Source: Bacteroidia bacterium
GTDB taxonomy: Bacteria > Bacteroidota > Bacteroidia > Flavobacteriales > Flavobacteriaceae
Direction: 5' to 3'
NCBI GenBank assembly: GCA_030430535.1
Contig: JAUIKY010000011.1
Coordinates: forward strand, 13,920 to 77,919
Length of the DNA: 64,000 bases
In this document: in pieces, positions 57,618 through 64,000 of the stretch
Layout of the letters: each line of letters opens with the position of its first letter
Position numbering within the stretch: position 1 is the stretch's first letter
The notes under the pieces: generated by a model
Seen by the model: only the letters and a program-made list of their open reading frames with translations
The model's database searches: none
What the model was told of the DNA's origin: nothing
Made by a program: the position numbers and the translations under genes

Positions 57618-58373
57618 TTATTCTAATATTTTATACAAAATGGGTTTACTTGGTGTGGCATCATTCTCGAAGGGAGCTATTTGTAAATTTAAAAAATATT
57701 CGCCATCCTTTACCCGGTTTGGCACATAAATCAGCTCGGTTATTGTGGCACCTTTGCGTATTTTTCCTTTAGTGTTCCAAAAGGCATTGTGGCTTAACAA
57801 TTGGCAATCGTCTTTTTCTTTATCCACGCTAGGCAAATCTATCAACAAATGTTTTATGCCTTTTTTGCGCAAATAAACGGCAGCATCTTCCAATAAATAT
57901 GTAGGGTTGGTGTTGGAATATTGCATTGATAATTTTGAGGCTGTATTGGGAATAGTACGTATCACCACCGCATCGCGTTTTTTATTCCCCAAAGCAAATT
58001 GGATTTGTTTTTTTGAAATCACCGCATCGCCATTTAACTGTTCTGGCGCTACCGTGATTACTTCGGCCAGAAAGAAAAACTGCTTTAAATTCTGGTTTAT
58101 GGAATGGCGCTTTTCAGTAATATGCCCTACACATTCGGTGTGCGTACCGTGCCCGTGCGGATTAAACTCTATGTTGTTAAAATTGATACAAGCCCCCTCC
58201 TTTACACTGGCTACCCACTCGCCATCTTTTACCGGTTCAATTTTTGGTGCATCGACATACCAAGCGGTAACGTTGTCTTTCGAGGCCCTTATAGGCATGG
58301 AAATATCCAAAGGTTGGGTTAAGTCTATTTTAAGCTTTCTGGAGTTGTACTGAATGGTTGCTATCAAAATCAA
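57618..58373 (-). CDS. Cyclase family protein (KynB-like metal hydrolase)
   Basis: PHGHGTHTEC, LIDLPSVD, TITE. Confidence 0.82.
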   Translation of the reverse strand: MILIATIQYNSRKLKIDLTQPLDISMPIRASKDNVTAWYVDAPKIEPVKDGEWVASVKEGACINFNNIEFNPHGHGTHTECVGHITEKRHSINQNLKQFFFLAEVITVAPEQLNGDAVISKKQIQFALGNKKRDAVVIRTIPNTASKLSMQYSNTNPTYLLEDAAVYLRKKGIKHLLIDLPSVDKEKDDCQLLSHNAFWNTKGKIRKGATITELIYVPNRVKDGEYFLNLQIAPFENDATPSKPILYKILE

Positions 58374-59569
58374 TTAATTTTAAAAAGGTGCGACGCTATG
58401 CCATCGCATAAAAACTTCCCTTTCTGTGTGGTTAAAATTCTGTTATCTTCAATATACAATAAATCTTGGTTTATATAAATTTCAGATTGTTTTAAAAGAT
58501 AATTTTTAAAATTTTCACCAAATCGATTTTCAATTTGTTGTAATGAAACGCCCCAAATAGTACGTAAGCCCGTCATCACATATTCGTTGTATTTATCGGT
58601 AACCGAAAGGGTTTCCGTTTCTCTTGGTAGTTGGTTATGCTGAATGCTTTTAATGTATTTAGAATTATTACTCACATTCCAACTCCTGTTGACACCGTCA
58701 AAAGAATGGGCCGAAGGCCCAATGCCCAAATAAGGCTTGCCTTGCCAATAGGCCGAATTGTTTTTACTGAAATAATTGGGCTTGCCAAAGTTTGACAGTT
58801 CATAATGCACAAAACCTGAAGCCTCCAGCTTTTTCAACAGTATATTGAAATGCTGTTGAGCCTTTTTATCATCTACATTATCTATTTTACCTTTTTTAAT
58901 CAGAGTTTCCAAAGCCGTTTTAGGTTCCACCGTTAGGGCGTAACACGAAATGTGCGGCACCTTAAACGCTAACGCTGTTTCAATATTTTCCTGCCATTGT
59001 TCATTTGTAAGCCCAGGAATGCCATAAATTAAATCGATGGAAATATTATTGAAATATTTGGTGGCCTCTGCCAAACATTTCTTGGCTTCTTCAGCTTTGT
59101 GTGCCCGGTTCATGAGTTTTAAGTCACGTTCAAAAAAGGATTGGATGCCGATACTCAAGCGGTTGATTCCGATGTTTCGGTAGGCCTCGAAAATCGTTTC
59201 ATTGGTTTGGCCACTCGGTTTTGGCAACATTAAATCATCTGGATTGGCCTCTAAAGTAATTTCTGGGTGTTTTGAAACCGAATAATTTTGATAAACCGTT
59301 TCGATTAAAAACTGCAATTCATCAACCGATAATAACGAAGGTGTGCCACCACCAAAATAAATGGTTTCAATGGTTGCTCCGTTCAATTCATCCTTCCGAA
59401 GCACCAACTCTTTCGCCAAACAGGCTACCAACTCTCCCTTTTTCTTAATCGATGTTGAAAAGTGAAAATCGCAGTAATGGCAAGCTTGCTTGCAAAATGG
59501 GATATGAATGTAGATTCCGGCTGCCCCTCCTAACCTCCCCGAAGGGGAGGAATTACCAACCGAACTCAT
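58370..59569 (-). CDS. hemW: Radical-SAM heme chaperone HemW (N-terminus extended by repeat-derived peptide)
   Basis: [49 protein letters not shown]. Confidence 0.93.
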   Translation of the reverse strand: MSSVGNSSPSGRLGGAAGIYIHIPFCKQACHYCDFHFSTSIKKKGELVACLAKELVLRKDELNGATIETIYFGGGTPSLLSVDELQFLIETVYQNYSVSKHPEITLEANPDDLMLPKPSGQTNETIFEAYRNIGINRLSIGIQSFFERDLKLMNRAHKAEEAKKCLAEATKYFNNISIDLIYGIPGLTNEQWQENIETALAFKVPHISCYALTVEPKTALETLIKKGKIDNVDDKKAQQHFNILLKKLEASGFVHYELSNFGKPNYFSKNNSAYWQGKPYLGIGPSAHSFDGVNRSWNVSNNSKYIKSIQHNQLPRETETLSVTDKYNEYVMTGLRTIWGVSLQQIENRFGENFKNYLLKQSEIYINQDLLYIEDNRILTTQKGKFLCDGIASHLFKIN

Positions 59570-59614
59570 TTTCTTGAAAGTTTAGACTCCTCCCCTTTGG
59601 GGGTTTGGGGGCTT
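59524..59614. repeat. Inverted pair of CCTCCCC-NAA-GGGGAGG palindromes inside coding sequence
   Basis: 59524-59554 CCCCTCCTAACCTCCCCGAAGGGGAGGAATT (in hemW) and 59586-59614 reverse copy (in ruvC). Confidence 0.7.
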
Positions 59615-60162
59615 TCACTTGTTCTGTGGCTATTCTGTTTTACAAAAGCCGCCCAACCCGAATAGCTTTTACCAACCTCAACCCTGCCCGAATTGTAAAA
59701 ATGGCAGACGGCAGCCGCCAAACCATCGGTAGCATCCAAGTTTTTGGGCAGTGTTTTTAGTCCCAACAAGCTTTGCAGCATTTTGGCCACCTGCTCTTTA
59801 CTCGCATTACCGTTTCCGGTTATGGCCATTTTTATCTTTTTGGGTAAATATTCTGTTATGGGTATTTCGCGGCTTAAACCTGCAGCCATCGCGACACCTT
59901 GCGCCCGCCCCAACTTGAGCATACTCTGCACATTTTTTCCGTAAAAGGGGGCTTCAATGGCTATCTCATCGGGGTTATGGGTATCGATTAATTCGATGGT
60001 ACGCTCAAAAATCAACTTCAATTTTAAATAATGGTCGTCGTATTTTTTTAAATCGAGTTCATTCAACTGCATAAATTGCATGGTTTTGCCCACCACTTTT
60101 ATGAGTCCGAACCCCATTATGGTCGTCCCGGGGTCTATGCCTAAAATAATGCGCTCTTTCAT
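59566..60162 (-). CDS. ruvC: Holliday junction resolvase RuvC
   Basis: [32 protein letters not shown]; ATG at 60162 overlaps upstream stop. Confidence 0.96.
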   Translation of the reverse strand: MKERIILGIDPGTTIMGFGLIKVVGKTMQFMQLNELDLKKYDDHYLKLKLIFERTIELIDTHNPDEIAIEAPFYGKNVQSMLKLGRAQGVAMAAGLSREIPITEYLPKKIKMAITGNGNASKEQVAKMLQSLLGLKTLPKNLDATDGLAAAVCHFYNSGRVEVGKSYSGWAAFVKQNSHRTSESPQTPKGEESKLSRK

Positions 60163-60800
60163 CGGTCTCCACAATAATAACAACCACTCAACGAAATCGA
60201 TGCGCCAAAGGTTATGGTTAATAAATCGCCATTAAACGAGCCAAAACCGCTGGAAACGGGATTGAATTCATCAGCAAACCCAAAAATATACGAGCCGTCC
60301 ACATACACCGAAAGCGCATCTGAAATGCCATAATGCAGCTCTACCCCACCCAATGCGTTTAAAAACGAGGTTTTGTTTTCGCCGTAATTGCCTAAAGGCT
60401 TAACCATGGAGTAGCCCGGCCCGGCATGTAAAAACAAACCCGTACGCCTTGAAAAACTCAAGATTTCGGAAGCATCAAAAACCAATTGGGCATTTATGCG
60501 TGAATAGTTTACTTTAAATTCTGGCGTATTCTCCACATTGGAAAAACGGTTGTAGCCAAAATCGAGTTTTGCCCCAATCTTAGGCTTAAACATATATTGT
60601 AGTCCCAAATTGATACTTGGGAAAGTAATGGATTCAGATTCAAAATTATCGACAAATCCCGCTTGCGACGGACTGTTCATTCCCAAAGCGAACTGTGCTT
60701 TCACGGTGCTGGTATCGCCTTGCCCCCACCCCAAAACAGCACAAAACAACGTCATTACAGGAAGTAAAACTTGGGGTTTCAAACTAAAATTTGAAATCAT
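60159..60800 (-). CDS. Outer-membrane beta-barrel protein (OmpA-like membrane domain)
   Basis: Signal peptide, amphipathic strands [25 protein letters not shown]; Cys-containing tail. Confidence 0.65.
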   Translation of the reverse strand: MISNFSLKPQVLLPVMTLFCAVLGWGQGDTSTVKAQFALGMNSPSQAGFVDNFESESITFPSINLGLQYMFKPKIGAKLDFGYNRFSNVENTPEFKVNYSRINAQLVFDASEILSFSRRTGLFLHAGPGYSMVKPLGNYGENKTSFLNALGGVELHYGISDALSVYVDGSYIFGFADEFNPVSSGFGSFNGDLLTITFGASISLSGCYYCGDR

Positions 60801-60830
60801 AACATATTATTGGTTTAATTTGTAACCACT

Positions 60831-61790
60831 ATGATGCGAAGGCTACCACACAAAACTAAACAATTCTTTTTTGTGCTCATTAAATTAAGCATTGTGGTTT
60901 CCGCCTTTTATTTCATTTATGACAAGTTAACGCACAATAGCGCTTTAAAATTTTCTGATTTCATCGGTTTTATTTCAACAAAAGGTGTTTTTTCAGCTAA
61001 AAACATCATTTTGCTGACGTTTTTAAGCGGATTGAACTGGTTTTTCGAAATTTTAAAATGGAAAGTTTTGGCAAGTTCAGTCGATAAAATCAACTTAAAA
61101 CAAGCCACTGAACAGAGTTTGGGAGCGCTTACGGCATCGCTTTTTACCCCAAACCGCATTGGTGAATACGGGGCAAAAGCTTTGTATTTCCCTTCCGGAA
61201 AACGAAAAAAAGTGATGGTAGCCAACCTAACGGGCAATGTGCTACAAATGTTGGCAACGACCGTTTTTGGAGCAATCGGGCTTTATGTTTTCATTAATAG
61301 CTACCCACTAAAAACCGACTTTTTAGAATTTGAAAGTCGTTCAGCAACCTTAATTTTAGCCCTATTTTCACTCGGCTTTATAATAGTGAAACGCTCTTTT
61401 TTAAAAAAGAAAATACCGCTGAACCATTTGAAAATCCCTAAATCTAATCTCGGATTTTGCGCTTTATTGTCCGCGGTTCGATACCTTATTTTTTCGTTTC
61501 AATTTTTTGTTTTACTGCAACTGTTTGGTGTAAATCTGGAATATTTTGAGGCCATGATTATCATTTCGTCCATGTATTTATTGGCTTCTGTAATTCCCTC
61601 AATTTTTGTTTTCGATGTGCTTATAAAAGGCAGTGTAGCCGTGTTTTTGTTTTCATTGGCTGGCGTAAACAACGTTATTGTTTTAAGCGTCGTTACCATA
61701 ATGTGGATGTTCAATTTTATGTTTCCCAGCCTAGTAGGTGCTTATTTTGTACTTACTTTCCAACCCCGAAAAAAAACGGTTACAGTATGA
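60831..61790 (+). CDS. Lysylphosphatidylglycerol-synthase TM / flippase-like protein
   Basis: NWFFEILKWK, FTPNRIGEYG, multiple TM helices. Confidence 0.8.
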   Translation: MMRRLPHKTKQFFFVLIKLSIVVSAFYFIYDKLTHNSALKFSDFIGFISTKGVFSAKNIILLTFLSGLNWFFEILKWKVLASSVDKINLKQATEQSLGALTASLFTPNRIGEYGAKALYFPSGKRKKVMVANLTGNVLQMLATTVFGAIGLYVFINSYPLKTDFLEFESRSATLILALFSLGFIIVKRSFLKKKIPLNHLKIPKSNLGFCALLSAVRYLIFSFQFFVLLQLFGVNLEYFEAMIIISSMYLLASVIPSIFVFDVLIKGSVAVFLFSLAGVNNVIVLSVVTIMWMFNFMFPSLVGAYFVLTFQPRKKTVTV

Positions 61791-62911
61791 TTATTACATG
61801 CATCATCATAACCGTTGTGTATTTGTTTTTAATTGGCGCTTTTATTTTCGGATTCGACCGCATCTCGGTTTTAAGTTTAGAAAAGCTTCCTCCCAAAACC
61901 CCGTTTTCTGTTGTGATTCCTTTTCGGAACGAAGCTGAAAATCTACCAAATTTACTGGCGTCGTTTGAAGGACTGGACTACCCCAAAGATAAATTTGAAA
62001 TCCTTTTTGTTGACGATGCCTCGGAAGACGATTCAGACGAAACCATTAAACAATGGCTATCAAAAAGCACTATCGACTTTAAAGTCATTTACAACAATAG
62101 AAGCACCGCTTCCCCAAAAAAAGACGCTATTGAAACGGCTATAAAACATGCAAAACACGATTGGATAATCACCACCGATGCCGATTGTATTTTACCCAAA
62201 TTTTGGCTGAATAGTTTTGATGAGTTTATCCAAAAAAATGATACTTTATGTATTGCGGGTCCTGTCGCTTACAATGAAAAACACTCGTTTTTAAACCGTT
62301 TTCAAATACTGGATTTGCTCAGTTTACAAGGAGCTACAATTGGTGGTTTCGGGCTAGAAAAACCGTTTTTGTGCAACGGAGCCAATCTGGCTTACAAAAA
62401 AGAACTGTTTTTAAAACTGAACGGCTTTGAGGGAAACAGCAACATAGCCAGCGGCGACGATATTTTCTTTTTGGAAAAAGTAGCAAAAACCCACCCCGAA
62501 CAATTGCACTATCTAAAATGCAAACAGGGCGTTGTTGAAACTTCGGCACAGCCCAACTGGAACTTTTTATTTGAACAACGGAAACGCTGGGCCGCTAAAA
62601 CCAGCAACTACAACAATATGTTTGGAAAATTTACGGGGATGGTGGTTTTGCTGATGAACGCCTTAGTGATTTTAGGCTTGGCACTTACGGCTTTTGGAAC
62701 TTTAAATCCAAAATTTTGGTTTTACATTTTGGCAGCTAAACTTTGCATTGATTTTTGTTTAATTTACAAATCGGCTTTGTTTTTCAATCAGAAATCTGCT
62801 CTTAAAAGTTTTCTGCTGGCCTTTTTAGCATATCCTTTTTTTAGTGTGTTTGTGGCATTGACTTCCTTAGTCTCTGGATACCAATGGAAGGGGCGAACGT
62901 TTAAAAAATAA
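61787..62911 (+). CDS. GT2 glycosyltransferase
   Basis: VVIPFRNE, VDDASED, TTDADC, SGDD, QRKRW. Confidence 0.9.
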   Translation: MIITCIIITVVYLFLIGAFIFGFDRISVLSLEKLPPKTPFSVVIPFRNEAENLPNLLASFEGLDYPKDKFEILFVDDASEDDSDETIKQWLSKSTIDFKVIYNNRSTASPKKDAIETAIKHAKHDWIITTDADCILPKFWLNSFDEFIQKNDTLCIAGPVAYNEKHSFLNRFQILDLLSLQGATIGGFGLEKPFLCNGANLAYKKELFLKLNGFEGNSNIASGDDIFFLEKVAKTHPEQLHYLKCKQGVVETSAQPNWNFLFEQRKRWAAKTSNYNNMFGKFTGMVVLLMNALVILGLALTAFGTLNPKFWFYILAAKLCIDFCLIYKSALFFNQKSALKSFLLAFLAYPFFSVFVALTSLVSGYQWKGRTFKK

Positions 62912-62912
62912 T

Positions 62913-63389
62913 TTATTCTACACTGATTATTAACGGTAAACTGAACTCGGTAGTCACTTGCTGCCCCCGTTTTATGGCTGCGAATATTTTAGGCAGCGAG
63001 TCCAAACTGTTTCTAATAATACTATCTATTTCGGGGATTTCACGTTGGGTTAAGCTGTCCATTTTCACGTCCAACAATTTAAGTTCTCCCTGTTTGGACA
63101 CCTGCATTTGTAACAGTACCGTATCGTAAATATCTTGGCTTACCACAATCCTTTCGTTTTGTAGAAAATCGGTAATGTGATTGGTTAAGGTGTACTGGAA
63201 GCACACTTTTTTTTCGGCTTTTGAAATGGACGATTCGCAGTTTTCAAAACTAGGATATTGATCCACATCACTCCAATTGAAAGTTTGCAATTCTTCTTTT
63301 AAAATAGCTTCGGAGGATGTTTTTTTTACCTTGAAATTCTCGCACGACGAGAACATCAAAACCAATATGGAAACAATAAAAAACTTCAT
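62913..63389 (-). CDS. Lipoprotein with TonB C-terminal-like region
   Basis: Lipobox MFSSC; DQYPSF..C, PKIFAAIKRGQQV...FSLP. Confidence 0.6.
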   Translation of the reverse strand: MKFFIVSILVLMFSSCENFKVKKTSSEAILKEELQTFNWSDVDQYPSFENCESSISKAEKKVCFQYTLTNHITDFLQNERIVVSQDIYDTVLLQMQVSKQGELKLLDVKMDSLTQREIPEIDSIIRNSLDSLPKIFAAIKRGQQVTTEFSLPLIISVE

Positions 63390-63554
63390 AGTTTACAACT
63401 GAAACCGAAAAGTACAATTTTAAATTAAAACAAAAACTCACAACCTACAGTATTTGTAACAAACTGCACTATTTTATTTCTAAAAATTAAGCGCACAAAA
63501 GATATTTCATATACAAACCAAAGTATAATCTTAAGGTTTATTGTTTCATATAGC

Positions 63555-63767
63555 CCTATTACCGGAATAATTATTGGCCCTTTTATCGGTGCATTAATCG
63601 GGGAGCTACTTAATAAAGCGGATTCCAAGACAGCCACTAGGGCGGCGTTCGGTTCGTTTATTGGCTTTTTAGCTTCAACCTTTATAAAATTTGTGGTTGC
63701 CATTGTGTACCTGGGCCTTTACATTAGTTTGATTTGGGAATACAGGAAGGCCCTGTTTCAATTATAA
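63555..63767 (+). pseudogene. 5'-truncated DUF456-family membrane protein remnant
   Basis: Frame reads [52 protein letters not shown]...stop 63765-67; no in-frame ATG and no N-terminal half upstream. Confidence 0.7.
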
Positions 63768-63807
63768 AAAAAGAATAGCCCTGTGGGTCTCTCACCTCCA
63801 CAGGGCT
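63768..63807 (-). terminator. Hairpin terminator, probably for a gene beyond the window on the minus strand
   Basis: AGCCCTGTGG-11 nt-CCACAGGGCT with A-tract on the plus-strand 5' side. Confidence 0.6.
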
Positions 63808-64000
63808 TTGTAAATTGCTATTATCAACAAAAAAATTGAGGGATTAATTAATTTTTGAAGTGTTGATACGACAAATATAACAATAACAAATGTTATTAAA
63901 CTGCGGGAAACCCGTAATTAGTTTGCAACTATTCCATAAAACCCAGATATAGCAGTAGTTTTCAGAGGATAAAAATTAATGTTAAAATTTGAAGACCTAT

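Noticed and set aside
63425-63703. 92-aa minus-strand ORF
   Set aside because: Antisense to the DUF456-like remnant, which has the recognisable protein pattern.
1-64000. CRISPR array, rRNA, transposase, integrase or prophage
   Set aside because: No regularly spaced identical repeats with unique spacers, no rRNA-like tract, and no DDE, HUH, tyrosine-recombinase or phage structural ORFs were seen.

Overview
Mostly core-genome window of a Flavobacteriaceae (Bacteroidota) chromosome. The assignment is inferred from a T9SS sorting domain, PorG, the short Bacteroidota-type sigma70 and TTTG/TAnnTTTG promoters. Housekeeping blocks: gltB-gltD, fbp, GNAT-lysC-acyltransferase, mutS, folK-dNK, tig-clpP-clpX, pdxJ, nadK-porG-uppS-bamA-skp-skp-murI, ruvC-hemW, and three tRNAs (Leu-TAA, Gly-GCC, Leu-TAG). 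Accessory segments: (i) 3.4-11.2 kb, an AT-rich TPR-kinase/LytTR two-component system divergent from four exported proteins of unknown function; (ii) 19.9-26.1 kb, methyltransferase, GH28, KdgK, dihaem cytochrome c, SRPBCC and an AT-rich ORF bracketed by two related attC-like elements (integron-cassette-like, no integrase in the window); (iii) a sigma70 paralogue directly followed by a bS21 paralogue; (iv) BlaI/M56 with clear TACA-N2-TGTA operators. Intergenic DNA carries many small palindromic elements: REP-like, a MITE-like composite and two Flavo-1-like RNAs. Some lie inside ORFs and supply amino acids to RuvC and HemW. No CRISPR array, rRNA, transposase or prophage was seen. Family names come from motif recognition, not database searches; some start codons were moved relative to the ORF track.
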